DNA of 64,000 nt from Dimorphilus gyrociliatus (lineage: Eukaryota; Animalia; Annelida), in assembly GCA_904063045.1 (NCBI GenBank), contig CAJFCJ010000028.1, positions 186,001-250,000 on the forward strand. Reading direction: 5' to 3'. The translations under genes were made by a program, and so were the position numbers. The notes beneath the pieces were generated by a model. It was not told the DNA's origin. It saw nothing but the letters and a program-made list of their open reading frames with translations, and made no database searches. This document shows positions 35,124-50,056 of the stretch, one piece after another (the stretch's first letter is position 1; every line of letters begins with the position of its first letter).

Positions 35124-36029
35124 ATGTCAAACAAAAAATTAGGATTTGCCGAAAACTTTGCACTCTCCGGAGTCGCAGCTGTTATCTCAAAAACTGCAGC
35201 CGCCCCAATCGAAAGAGTAAAACTCCTCGTCCAAAATCAAGATGAAATGATCAAACAAGGTCGTCTGGACAAACCATACAAGGGAGTTGCAGATTGCACA
35301 ATTAGAACATATAAAACAGAAGGTCTTATCCCATTCTGGCGTGGAAACTTGGCGAACTGCCTCCGTTACTTCCCTACTCAAGCTCTTAACTTCGCTTTTA
35401 AAGATAAGATCAAGACCATCTTTAAGCAAAGCAAGAAAGACGGTTACATGATTAACTTCGGAAAGAACATCGCCTCCGGAGGAGCTGCTGGAGCCCTATC
35501 TCTCTGCTTTGTCTACTCTCTCGATTATGCCAGAACACGTTTGGCCAATGATGCCAAATCAGGAGCTAAGGGAGGCAGCAGAGAATTCAACGGTTTATTC
35601 GACGTTTACAAGAAGACCCTCAAGAGTGACGGCTTCGTTGGTCTCTACAGAGGTTTCGTTATCTCTTGCGTTGGTATTGTTGTATACAGAGGTTGCTACT
35701 TTGGTTTCTATGATACCTTGAAACCAATCATCTTGGGAGAAAACCCAGGTGTTATCTTGAGCTTCGCCCTCGGATACGTCGTAACAATAAGCGCCGGTTT
35801 GGTATCCTATCCGATTGACACCATCAGAAGACGTATGATGATGACTTCCGGACAACAAGTTAAATACAAGGGAAGCATAGATTGCACCGTACAGATCTTG
35901 AAGAACGAAGGATTCATGTCACTCATGAAGGGAGCTGGCGCAAACATCTTGCGTGGTGTTGCAGGAGCTGGTGTTTTGGCTGGCTTCGATAAATTCCAAG
36001 CTTTGTACGTTGCTTGGCGTTTGGGTTAA
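35124..36029 (+). CDS. Mitochondrial ADP/ATP carrier (SLC25 family), plant/fungal-type sequence, intronless CDS
   Basis: 301 aa; [34 protein letters not shown] (AAC signature); three-fold carrier repeats. Many C-ending codons, consistent with high expression. Confidence 0.96.
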   Translation: MSNKKLGFAENFALSGVAAVISKTAAAPIERVKLLVQNQDEMIKQGRLDKPYKGVADCTIRTYKTEGLIPFWRGNLANCLRYFPTQALNFAFKDKIKTIFKQSKKDGYMINFGKNIASGGAAGALSLCFVYSLDYARTRLANDAKSGAKGGSREFNGLFDVYKKTLKSDGFVGLYRGFVISCVGIVVYRGCYFGFYDTLKPIILGENPGVILSFALGYVVTISAGLVSYPIDTIRRRMMMTSGQQVKYKGSIDCTVQILKNEGFMSLMKGAGANILRGVAGAGVLAGFDKFQALYVAWRLG

Positions 36030-36403
36030 ACTTGTTTTTTGAAAAACACCTTTAAGTTATCGTGTATGTGCATAAAAATATTCATTGGAGCTAATTTCAC
36101 CAAGTTTCTGATGCATAGGGAAATACAATTTAATATGTGACAATTGATATTTTTCATCTTTGTAAAAAGTGTTCTGCATGGAGTGTATTGTAATAAGCTT
36201 TAGAAGACCTCCATACAGATCTTGGACTTTAGTAATGCTATAGGTAACTATGTTTGTTTAACGATAATATATTTTTTTGCACTATTCACGATGATTTTTG
36301 GTCTGTTCAAGTACATATTGAACAAAGTTATCTGCGATTGATAATGCCGTAATTTGAATTGTATTTGGCGCATTAGACAATAAAAGTGACAAAGTTCATT
36401 ATT

Positions 36404-39400
36404 CTATCTGTAGTAGAAGCGTAAAGGCGGAGCTTCCTCGTCCTCTTCGGCACCTTCAAATGACACAAGAAGGTCGACATAATTCTTATCAGGTGTGACG
36501 TTGGCATATTTTACGAGCCTAAAAAAATTCGTTTTTTAAAAAGAAAACCATCGATTATCTTTCACAACTTACGGTTCTTGCAGTCTCTTCCTATGCGTAG
36601 GCATATACGGCATGTATATCATCTTTGCACCCTGAACAACCATATTGATCTCAAGTTTATATTTTGCCTGAAAAGATTATTAATTAGTCTTGAGAGAGTC
36701 TAAATTGCATATTTACCTTGAACATGTCAATAAATTGTTGCAAAGTTGTGGATTGACTTCCATTAAGTTCTAGACGGTCCCATAATGTAAATTCAAGACC
36801 AGAGCTGTTGTATAGATTTATTTAGTATAGCAAAATTAAATTGTTTTATTCCTACTTTAATTTGCGCTTAGGAGCAGCTCCTGGTTCACACAAAACAAAC
36901 TGAGGTAACGCTAAATTAATGAAAGCGTTTTTGAAGTGTTCAAGCGAAGAATTCTTTACAACCTTGATTAACTCAATGGCAACCTGAAGCAAGATAAAGA
37001 TATTGAAATAGTTAATTTTGTTCAAAGTGATGACTTACTAATCCTGCAACAGCAGCAGTTGTAGTAGCAATAGCAGGAACAATTCTTCCGGCAATTCTCT
37101 TAATTTTTAGCCTATCCTCCTTCTCTATGCTATACATCGCCCCTCTAAGATTCTGAAAGGAAAAACGTTTTAAAATCTTCTTTTCTATTCAAAGCTAGAT
37201 AACATACCGCGGCTGCACTGATATAATCGATATGACCATTAGCGTCATCGTCTTTTTCAAAATCTAGGACATTTAAACTAGGGCGGGTAATACCCTCCAT
37301 ACGATCTCTGATAATTTCAGCAGTTTGAGACAAAGAATCTGCATCAAAAGTCTCAGCAGACGATGGTTTTTTGGCAGCTTCACTAGTCTCGATTTCCTTC
37401 CTAACGGGCCGAAATTCAGGTATCATTTGATTTTTCAGAATATTAGCGATATTCTCTCTTTCCATATCCTTTTTCAGATATTTTACCCTGTAGATATCCG
37501 CATATAACTTAGCTCCAGATCTAATGAATTCATAATGAACAGGATCTTCCAAATTGAATAAAACAGGTCTTGGTGGTCGTTTGGGCGACTGCCAAAACGC
37601 TGAACCGTCTTTTAATTTTGTATCTTCGGGAAAGATGTGTAAAAGTTGTTTTGCTCTATGATTGAAATATTTTTCAAATTTCAATCTCGTAAACTTTACA
37701 CAATCTGCCCAATTAGACGGTTGATTTCTCAATATTTTCGCGACAACAACTGCCCCGTCTACCACAGATCCAGATAAAAGTCTTGATGTTACAATAGATA
37801 TATCAGGATTTTCTTGAAAAAATTTATTCATGGCGGAGGGCTTCGAAGTGAATGACGATTGAAACTTTTCTCTGGCCCACTGAATGCAATGATCCATATT
37901 TTGAGGAAAAGATTTGAGAGTACAATAAGGAACATCATTATCAGCTGGATCTCTTTGCGATGTATAACTTTCAGTTAAGAAAGGGTATATAACTTGAACA
38001 TGCCCTTTGGGTCCCATAGTACCCGATTCTAGTAATGGTCTCTGATTTGCTACACATCTTGAGTCCATATACCGTCGTGCTGTTAAATTATCTAGAGCAT
38101 TCACACAAACGTTTTGGCTGGTAAAAAATCCGTCAGTATATGTGGTATTTTCAGTTTCTGGACAAACTTTCTGCTGATGAGCCTCTATATTCATTTCAGG
38201 ATTGATATCTCTCGTCGATTGGGCAGCAATAACAGACTTTGGTTTGCGTATATGTCTAGGCCTAAATAGAAATTGTCTGTTCAAGTTACTTTTCTCAATT
38301 AGATCGTTATCAGTTATAGTCACACAGCCAGATGTTGTGGCCACACCTAGAAGAGCGTAATTCTTTAACATTTCACATCCAATGGCACCACAGCCAACCA
38401 TAAAAAGTCTTAGCTGTTGAAGTTTATCCAATATTTTATTTCCTATACAAGTTCGCAGTAAATCATAACGGTCATTCCTGAAAAAATATATATCATGTAA
38501 AATATCAATATGAAAAAATTTCCGACCATACTTTTGTTCAAATATTTTACAGTCTCCCTCATCCACAACTTCGATAGCATCTAAGTGCAACCATTGCTTC
38601 AAAGGAGTAAACTTTCCACTTACGGCCTTCAGGGCCTCTTGAGCTACAATACCTCCTATAACAGCACACATAGGGGCTAAACATCCACCGGCAGTCATGC
38701 AGATTTTCAATAAAACTTCTTCGTTAATTTCAATCTTGTCACAGACACTTCCGTTCAAGGAGGAAGCAATCTGAAGAAATTCTTCTCCGTCTTCTCCACT
38801 CCAAGTCCTTGGCAACTTACGCTTTTCCTCTATATATTTATGAAGAGTTATAAAAGCTAAATGAAGAGTTGAAGGCATCTGAAAGGAAATAAACCACGAA
38901 GGATATTAAATTTTTATTAAATTTTAATACTTTGTTTACTTACATCAAATTTAGATAAATCGGCGTAAACAATAGACGGCTTTTGAATTTGAGTAGAAAG
39001 AGATTCCTATACAGAAAAACAGATTAGGTATATTTTACCAGAAAATTTCTAAAATAAAACTTACAAATTGAACAGTCTTAGAAACTTTTACACCTTTCAT
39101 AATACCACCACCTTCATATTTACTAAAAGATGAAGTATCTCCAATACATAATGATGATGGATCACCTTCAATTGCTATTCATTTAAAAATAAAATGAATA
39201 TTCGATCAGTATAATTAACGTATACAAACTTTTAACTTGAAATAATGTGTTATTCAATTCAGTCATTCCCTTAACTTCTTTAAAAGTGACATAGTCACCA
39301 GTTTCCAAACCGTGCCTTGCATGCTCAATACATTGCACAACGCCATTTTTACTTTGATTTACGCTGTCTATAAATGTTTCCTGAAGTTCTTCTCCGTCAG

Positions 39401-40359
39401 CATCAAATATTTCAAATGAGTCACCAAAGTCACAAAAAGTAGATGAAATAATTCCAAATACATCGCTCGAAATGAACTAATTAAAGAAATAATAGAGGAT
39501 TTTTATACAGTTTTTCTTCACAGTTCACCTTATAAATTATAGATATGGTATACCTTAATCTGAGGACTCTTTGAACGACAGTATTCATTGACAGTCATTT
39601 GAACATTCAAGGGACATTCGGTCAATATTACACACTATTGAATGAGAAATTAGCAAAATTCTTATAGTTTAAGACTACTATAAAACTTTCTTTACTTACG
39701 TTATAAGTATCTAAGTATGACAAGTTTGAAGTGTCTACGTCTTTTTCGATTGTTTGAATTTTACAGTAAGGATTCAGTTCAGCAATTAGATTAGCACACG
39801 CAGACGCTCTATAAATAATTGAAATTGTGACTTTCTTAGAATTTGCAAACCCTATAATTGGAAGTATACAATAAAATATATCTAAATAATAACAACCTGT
39901 TTAATCCGTTCACAACATCTGTTTCTTTGATAAAAAATTGCGTTCCCAAGTCTTGGAGTGAACATATTTCATTGTCTTGTAGAGTCAAACTCTAGCAATA
40001 GATATAAATTTAAGATAGAATAGCTAAAAAAAAGTTATATCTAAACAAACCTTTACTCCTGCTAATGTAATGTTCTTGGCTAAAAATAATAAGAAAGTAT
40101 AGATAAGTTGACATTTTAAAAAATAATATTTGATCAACACACCGATTTCAACCCCAAGACCTCCAAGTCCTATCAATAGTATATCGCTTTTGGCCATGCG
40201 CTTCATAGCCATGTCTCCTAAGACATAGCGTTGGCGGCTGAAAAATTTCAACAATTATTCTTCTATTTCTCATTAACATATTAATAAAATAATAGTGAAA
40301 AACCTATATAAGGAGTCATCGATTTCCGGTTCTATATCCATAGGTTCAGACGAAGCCAT
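36404..40359 (-). CDS. UBA6: Ubiquitin-like modifier activating enzyme 6 (E1), multi-exon
   Basis: [47 protein letters not shown], catalytic [38 protein letters not shown]; ends [16 protein letters not shown]. Diagnostic positions are closer to UBA6 than UBA1 ([15 protein letters not shown]). Confidence 0.9.
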
Positions 40360-41016
40360 CTCTTAGTATGGAATGTCGCAGATCTACAAACAAATAACAA
40401 ATTTATTTCCTAGTACATTTATTAATCGTTTTAATAATATATAATTGAAAAAATATGCATTATCATCCTACTGATTTCTAACGGTTTCGCAAGGTTCTGG
40501 GATTTTCCAACGAAACCACACTCTCCAAAAGGTTTTTTTTAGAAAAATTTCTTAATAATGTAGGTATATTGAATTAAAGTATTTGGTATACATCATAGAA
40601 CATAATTCCGACTTTTATCTAACCTTGAAATTGCGAAAAAAAAAGGAGAAAAATTTGCGATGATACCAGTGGGCAACAAAGGCGACTGGGAAAGAAACTG
40701 TAAAACTGCCTATTCATTTTTATGTTTCGAATCATTTACGATTTCCATTAAAATCTCGTTTACATTAAATTTTTACCTTTTTATATATTATTAGTTTTCG
40801 TTGTGAAGGCGGAATATTTTATAAGATATTTATCAATAAGCAGTACGAATTTCGTTACAAAAAATCGGTTTAATTATAAAGAAATATTTCATAAAACGGA
40901 TGTATCTTAAACGCGGGCAAAATATAACCGTGAATGTCAAGGTCAAAAGTTTGTTTACTGTAGATACGGAGATTTTCGAAGTTATCTTACTTTGTTATAA
41001 AAAAATAAATAAAATA

Positions 41017-41351
41017 ATGCCAGCCGCCGCTCATGTAATAATTAACTATGGACCTTATAATTCCTGTGGTCTAGTTCAACATCGCGATTGTAGATTAGAA
41101 GGCTTGATAAGTAAGAATATAATAAACATATATATTTGATTCTACAAAAATGCCTTCCTCTTTTAGGTGTTCTAGAAAAATATAATCATACTGTAGAAAA
41201 AAGACAAATACCTGACTGGAATGTAGTAGAAGTATGGGTTAATGGTGAAAAGATATATTCATGTGACATAAGGGATTTAGACTATGGTGGAGACGGTGAA
41301 TTAGATGAACTATGTGAAAACGCTTTAGAAAGAGTGTTTAAAGCATTCTGA
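41017..41351 (+). CDS. C10orf53: UPF0728 protein C10orf53 homolog, 92 aa, 2 exons (41017-41110, 41167-41351)
   Basis: MPAAAHVIINYGPY..HR..RLEGL; DWNVVEVWVNGEKIYSCDIRDLDYGGDGELDELCE matches recalled human DWNVVELMVNEEVIFHCNIKDLEFGGDGKLDPLCE. Confidence 0.92.
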
Positions 41352-42028
41352 AGTAATTATCCAAGTTCAAACGTCACTTCAACTTCTTTTCTCTGTCAAT
41401 TAAATATATTTCTCCACTGTCCAAATATGATAAATATTTACCGTCAAATATAATAATCGTATACAGTTGTTGTGTTTCACTAACTTTAATATATATCCGT
41501 ATACAAACACACAGATTCAATATAGAGAGAATGTATAAAAAAGAAACAATTTATTAGAAATTCTCTGGCCTCTCCATATTTTGATCTTTTTCTAATGTTT
41601 CTCTTATTTTACCTTTCTCCAATTAACAAAATTATTTTCTCCCTTCTCCCGATTTTAACCCTCTTTCTCTTTGTTTAAACCTTTCTGTACATCTTGAATA
41701 ATTGTAATGTCTCGAGTTATTGTTACTTTTATTATGGAAACAAATACTCTACTATGATTTTTCATGTCTGTGGAATGCATATATGCATAAACAAATGATA
41801 TTTAGAGAAAAATGTTAGATAACGATAAAGGGGACTTTGGACTGTGAGTCCTCTACATGTCCTGAAATCGGCTGTTTATTGTTCCTGATAATTTCTCTTT
41901 AAAAACTGTTTTTGTACAAATCTTAGTGAACCTTGACATTTATATAAGCGAAAGTAGTTCACATTGTAAACTGGTAGAAAAGTGTTAGCCTTTAGCACAA
42001 CGAGAGGTTGAACACAAACACTTTGAAG

Positions 42029-43273
42029 ATGGCTAGACTTCTACAAACCAGAGTGTTATTGAAAAAATCGCTGAACTTGATAATCCCCTGTCTCGGGTCG
42101 CAATCAAGGTCGATACACAATGATTCTCTTTTGCCTGAGACTCATAGAATGCTGAAGAACTCTCTTACAGATCTTGTTGACAATGAAATTGCACCTTTTG
42201 CAAAAAGGACCGATTCGGAGCATAGATACCCTATAGAATCGGTAAAGAAGATGGGTGAATTTGGAATTTTTGGCCTCCTTGTCCCCGAAAAATATGGTGG
42301 TGGAGGTTTAGACACACTTGCTTATGCTATAGCTATGGAGGAAATATCTAGAGGATGTGCAACATGTGGAGTTATCGTTTCCGCTCATATATCCCTCTAT
42401 CTATCTCCAATCTTAGAGTTTGGAACAGAAAAGCAAATTGAGCGCTATGTTACGCCCTATTTAACAGGTGATCTTATAGGATCTTTTTGTCTTAGCGAAC
42501 CTGAAAACGGTAGCGATGCTGGAGCCGCTTCCACTACATCAAATCTAGAGGGCGATAACTGGATTATTAATGGCTCGAAAATGTGGGTAACAAATGGTAG
42601 TTTAAATGGGGCGTCTGTTGTAATGGCTACAAGTGATAAAGCTAAAAAACATAAAGGTATTAGTTCATTCATTGTTCCGAAACCCTCTAAAGGCGTAACA
42701 GTTGGAAAGCCTGAGGATAAGCTAGGTATAAGAGGCTCCCCAACTGTCCAGTTAACTTTTGAAAATGTAGCCATTCCTAGCGAAAATTTACTGGGGCAGA
42801 CAGGAGACGGATTTAAAATCGCTATGAAGACTCTTGACTGTGGTAGGATAGGTATTGCTGGTCAAGCTATTGGAATTGCTCAAGCATCGATTGATTGTGC
42901 AGCAAAATATGCAATGGAGCGAAAAGCTTTCGGTATTCCTATTGCACAACTTCAAGCTATACAAATTAAACTTGCCGACATGGAATGTCGCACTCAATCA
43001 GCAAGACTTTTAGCATGGCACGCATCCACTTTAAAAGATAAAGGTGAAAATTTTACAAAAGAAGCTGCTATGGCTAAATTATGTGCTTCGGAGGCTGCAA
43101 CTTTCTGTTCACATCAGGCCATCCAAATTCTTGGTGGAATGGGCTTTGTAACTGATATGCCAGCTGAACGTCATTATCGAGACGCAAGAATAACTGAAAT
43201 TTATGAAGGAACATCTGAGGTTCAGAGATTAGTGATTGCGTCAAATTTATTGAAAGAATATAGTTTTTTGTAG
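42029..43273 (+). CDS. ACADS: Short-chain specific acyl-CoA dehydrogenase, mitochondrial, 414 aa, intronless
   Basis: Basic N-terminal presequence; [74 protein letters not shown]. Confidence 0.93.
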   Translation: MARLLQTRVLLKKSLNLIIPCLGSQSRSIHNDSLLPETHRMLKNSLTDLVDNEIAPFAKRTDSEHRYPIESVKKMGEFGIFGLLVPEKYGGGGLDTLAYAIAMEEISRGCATCGVIVSAHISLYLSPILEFGTEKQIERYVTPYLTGDLIGSFCLSEPENGSDAGAASTTSNLEGDNWIINGSKMWVTNGSLNGASVVMATSDKAKKHKGISSFIVPKPSKGVTVGKPEDKLGIRGSPTVQLTFENVAIPSENLLGQTGDGFKIAMKTLDCGRIGIAGQAIGIAQASIDCAAKYAMERKAFGIPIAQLQAIQIKLADMECRTQSARLLAWHASTLKDKGENFTKEAAMAKLCASEAATFCSHQAIQILGGMGFVTDMPAERHYRDARITEIYEGTSEVQRLVIASNLLKEYSFL

Positions 43274-44240
43274 ATGTTCTGTTAAATTCTCAAAGTCAGC
43301 GTACAAATGTCAATGTCTAGAGTTTATCTAGAGAAGTAGGAACAAAAAATATAGGCTAATAACTTTGCTAATATATAACCTGTAATAAACATAAAGCAGA
43401 CGGTATTATTTTGCGTAGTGCTTATTTCTTCTGCCTTTCCTCCATATTACAATTGAGTCCGTGGTAGTAGATTATCGTAGCAAGCAGATGCTGTCCAAGT
43501 TGATAGAAAAAGAATTGATACTTCAAGCAAGAAGTTAATTGAGATAATTTCCGTAGTCTGCTGTACAAATAAGCTATGGAATTAAATTTCAAACACGAGA
43601 AAAATTTACAAGAACTGTATTTGTCGCGTTTTATCCAATTACACTCATGTATCTATGTAGACACGTTTTTATATACGCAAAAAAAAACTAACAGATTGTT
43701 AATATCCCACTATCTTATTATGTGTCGCTAGGTGCCTCAAAAGGATTTTAAAAAAAAAAATAGAATTCAATTTTTCTTTACAAGTCATTCACCTTATGTA
43801 CTATCTTGAATGTCTTGTTTTGAAAAGAAGCTTATAACAACTTTAAAGCAGTATATTATCGGTGACTCGATAATTGGGAACTTTATCTATTAGAATTGCT
43901 AATAATTTAGTGGAAACTGTAAAGTCGTGGGAAGAAAGAGTATATGAAATACCTGGGTATACATAAAGATTGAACATGTATGCTAGGCCGGAATTATCAG
44001 ATTTCTATGAAATGACCTATAAGAGGCGCGAAATCCGAATATATGGAAACAGAATTGATTGCTCCATTTCCCGCGCCTTGATATAAAAGTCTTTAAAAAA
44101 ATAATTGTTTGAATAATTTAATACTTAATTAAGAATATATTTACTCTATATTTATTTTTACTTACTATATTGTTGTTGTTTATGGCCTAGTTTTAAAGTA
44201 AAGTTTATAGAAAAGGGATTCGTTAGATGGCGTTTATAGA

Positions 44241-44273
44241 CGCATGCGCAAAAAACCACTGTCTGCGCAGGCA
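44241..44273. promoter_or_regulatory. Paired NRF1-like motifs upstream of FOXK
   Basis: CGCATGCGCA (44241-44250) and TGCGCAGGCA (44264-44273), each a partial match to TGCGCATGCGCA. Confidence 0.4.
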
Positions 44274-44460
44274 TATTTGTTTGACACAATTCTGCATTTT
44301 ATCGCTCAAGTTATTTTAAAAAAACGCCACGAGATAATAAATTTAAAATACAATTATAGCGCATCGTATAATTACGTGTAAATTATAGGCTGTATATTGG
44401 AAATTTTTAGAAATATAAAATAGTTATGCAATTTAATGTATATCGTAGACTTGTATGTAA

Positions 44461-46570
<2,110 letters not shown>

Positions 46571-47413
46571 ACTTTAGAAACTATTTAAGCAAAGTCCATA
46601 AGAAATATTTTTCCTCTTGTTTTTGTATACTTTTAATGTTCCGTTTGTCGTTTTAGTCAAAAAGTGATTAATAATACGACCACGAATGATTTTATTTTTA
46701 AAGTACTTCATACGTCGTATGAAAATTGTGCTTTTTTTCTTCTAATGACAGTGTCGAATCTGCATTTTTTTTTGTAAATTATTTACATCCTAATATCATT
46801 ACGAAGTCTTGGAGAAGTACTTCACCCTTTCTTGTGCCGTTTGTTGTTGTTTATATTTTTCCTAATAAAGAATTCTTCGAAAACAATTGACTAGTATAAT
46901 TAAAAGAGAGGGAACATTGTTATCTCTTCGTCATTAACTGGTTTCATTGATTAATTAATTACTGTATACTGTATGAATTGTTTAAAAAGTGGCTGTTGCA
47001 TTCTGATAACAAGCACGGAGCTAAACGATAGGATTTGATTAATTTTTTTCTGTAGAAAAAAATCATTGTGTTAAGAGTTAATCGTAGTATCACTCTATTT
47101 AAAAAGCAATTCTATTTGAATTAATAAAATTAATTGTTGATTTTATCAGAACTATTGTCTTTTATCAAAAATAAATTCCCTTTTCAGTAAATGTCTTAAA
47201 GATATATCAAAGAGACAATTTTAGGCTTAAGAAAAAAAGCTGGCTTATATTTGAACAGTAAAAATTGGTTAGTGTAATCGATTAATGTATACAAATAGTT
47301 ATTAGGATCAGGTCGCTATGGAGTCAATCAACAAATGGAAGTAGACGCATCGCCTTTTTAGAGATTATTGAACGATTTTTATACGCTTAGCAACTAGATA
47401 GAAGTTTTTCGGG

Positions 47414-49697
47414 ATGTCTAGGCCCCCAAGTATCGTTCCACAAGCTACCAGGACAGTTGAAAATTGTGTAAAACTACCACCTTTAAAAGAATGCGATAAT
47501 AGGAAAGCGGGTCGTCTAAAAGCAAGGTAAATAAAATATTTTTAACATTCTCAGAGAGTGATATTAATCTATACAAACGGAGAACGAACCAACTATTACA
47601 TTTTAGTTTGGCGAATTGCACTTATTCAAAAAAAAAGAGCTCTTTCTACTGAAAAAAGATCAAAGATAGAACTGCAAAAGGCATTAGTTTTACTATGGTT
47701 AAAAACTAAGTTATTTATAACCACTCTCCTGCGATGTATGCATATATCTAAGTCAAGCTTTTTATACTCTCCTATATTTCTTCCCTGATAGAATTATCAA
47801 AGCAAACAATATTGCAGTTTTCACGCCATAATCATTTGTCGAATAAGTGAAATATTATTAATATTAATATTAATACGAAAAGCAATCCTATTCGTCCAAA
47901 GAATGATCAAGTTAACATTCAACTGCTAAATTGTTAATAAAGTCAATATTTTAAATAATATTCCATTGAAAGCTTAAAAGTGGATTTAATTATTATTTAA
48001 TTGATTGTCTTTTATTTAAATAATAATAATAATTTAATTATTAATTTTTATTAGTTTAATAGTTGATGAAAACCTACCGACTATTAGTGAATATAAGAAT
48101 GAATATATTAAACATGCACATCAACTTACGAAACCTATGCGTCCTGAAGAGGAGACTACGTTTAATCAAGATCGTCTAGACGACCTAACTACCAATAGGT
48201 GATTTTTTTACATTCTATTCATATATTTTAATGATCACCAAAAAATACTATAATAACAACAACAATGTCATTTTACAAATTAAGCGCCATCTATTTGGCT
48301 CTATGAAATTTATTATTACTATTAAGATTTTCCGTTCCAATTGGAATTGCTATTTATCTGGAATGGTAAAGGTCATTCTGTTCTGGCTGTTAACTCGATG
48401 ATTTTAACACCATAGGGTAGATTATATTAGACATGAGATATCGAAGACTAAACCAATTAGGAAAATGGACAAGTACGTTTCCCCCGAAACTAGAATGGAG
48501 GATACTACTTGCTACAAAACGGATTTTGAAAGTACTTATATAACCAAACCGTATAGCCTTTTTAAGGAGTTAATGACACTTAATCTCATATATAGAGAAA
48601 AAGATCGATAAACGTAAGCCGATGAAGGCGAAGAGTGAGCAAAAGATCTCTGAACCGTTCAAAGGCACTCCAATTTATAGAAGTATTTTATTAGCAATTT
48701 TGTGAATAATAGCAAAAAGAAAATACTTTTTTTCTTTCTTCACTTAGCGGAATACGTCGAGTGGCCCCTTTCCAAACCAAAACAACCCGCTAAAGCTGAG
48801 TACGTTCGTCCCAACATATCATTTGAGGGAACGCCTACGTATAAAACAGATTTTATTCGCTATAATGAAAAACCTAGACGTCTACTTAAACCGAATCAAG
48901 ATTCTATTCGAGCTGACGAACCTTTGGAAACGAGAACTGGTTATAGAATGGATTTTGTTAAACATCCTCTTCCGGAAAAGGCTAAGAGGAAGCGAGAAGT
49001 TTGGCAATCTAATGGATCGTCTTTTGAAGGGATTACTAATTATACAACAGATTTTATTCAGAAAGAGTATAGTAGGCGAGAGAATTTTAAACCGTCCGTT
49101 ACTAGCTTTGAGAGTAATGATCCGTTAGAGAATCGAACCACTCAACGAGACGATTACATTAAGTGGGAAGTCACATCTAATAAGATACAGCCTCTTCCCG
49201 AATACGAGCCTCCCACAGAACCAATTGATTCTAGAACAACACATTCTATGGACTTTACTCAGAAGCCCTATAGCAAAGTGGAGAGTATTAAAGTTATTGG
49301 CGAGAAAAAGGTATTGGAACCATTTGAGGATAAGACAAATTACTCACAGGATTATCAAAATTGGAAAGGAGAAAAGGCCAAACCAAATCCAAGAAAGAAT
49401 TATGAACCTCTTTCGGCAAAATTCGAAGGTATTCCCACATACGCATCGGATTTCGTAGAACACGAATTCGCAAAGAGGCAACCCATTAAACCAAACTCTG
49501 ATGACATGAATAGGGATGCAAACAGATTCGACGAGAATACAATTTACAGAATAGATTATACAAAAAAAGCAATACCAAAACAAAGAGTATTGGAAGAAAC
49601 TAGTGGTGGTTCAGTTGTTTGGTATGAACCAATCAGTCATCGACCCTTTCTATCTATGACTGAGAATGAAAATGCAGAAGGTTTGGCTTGCAAATGA
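47414..49697 (+). CDS. Stabilizer of axonemal microtubules (SAXO/FAM154 family), 469 aa, 5 exons (47414-47526, 48055-48198, 48416-48531, 48596-48682, 48748-49697)
   Basis: About 11 copies of the SAXO/Mn repeat (F/L-E-G/D-x-T-T/N-Y-x-x-D-F/Y...P). All introns are GT-AG and in frame. First exon is less certain because it lacks the Cys-rich SAXO N-terminus. SAXO1 versus SAXO2 unresolved. Confidence 0.85.
48284..48297 (-). promoter_or_regulatory. Weaker CTCF-type motif CAAATAGATGGCGC in a SAXO intron
   Basis: 12/14 match to CCACTAGATGGCGC; could instead be a YY1-like AGATGGCG core. Confidence 0.4.
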
Positions 49698-49837
49698 ATA
49701 CTAAATTAAGGTCAATTGAGATTAATAAAGCTGACAGCCTGTTTTTATGTTTTTGTTTTATTTTTCATTTGTAATAACACCTTCTACGTGCCTCTATTTA
49801 AATAATTTTTCAATTTTCAATTAGTAAATAAATCTCA

Positions 49838-49851
49838 GCGCCACCGAGTGG
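49838..49851 (-). promoter_or_regulatory. CTCF-type motif CCACTCGGTGGCGC between SAXO and ZNF474
   Basis: Reverse complement of gcgccaccgagtgg; 13/14 match to CCACTAGGTGGCGC. Confidence 0.6.
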
Positions 49852-50056
49852 TTGCTAACGATATCTTTATTTTTTTTTCTATATGTAAATGTTATCATAG
49901 TCCTCTAAAAATAAAGAAATGTGCCATTTCTGTTCGACTTGAATATAGGGACACATTTAGTTTTGTACCCTCAGAGAGCTTTCTGTTGTCTTTCATCCGT
50001 AGAAGATATCTAATAAAATACAAGCTGTTTGTCAAATTTAAAATACTTTTTTAATT

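Noticed and set aside
37145-38878. Assignment of the E1 enzyme as UBA1
   Set aside because: Diagnostic residues ([21 protein letters not shown]-terminal YVDL.VSF) favour UBA6.
40900-41016. 39-codon in-frame extension upstream of C10orf53 (and similar TTG/GTG extensions for ACADS, FOXK, AIMP2)
   Set aside because: Homology begins at the downstream ATG; extensions are AT-rich leader or intron sequence.
48823-49583. Alternative-frame and antisense ORFs over SAXO, and similar ones over prominin, WDR11, ADP/ATP carrier, ACADS, ZNF474, HMMR and MYO5
   Set aside because: Shadow ORFs of real coding exons with no recognisable motifs; most start at TTG/GTG.
48748-49600. Periodic sequence that might suggest a CRISPR-like or satellite array
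   Set aside because: Periodicity is at the protein level (SAXO repeats); no identical DNA direct repeats; eukaryotic context.
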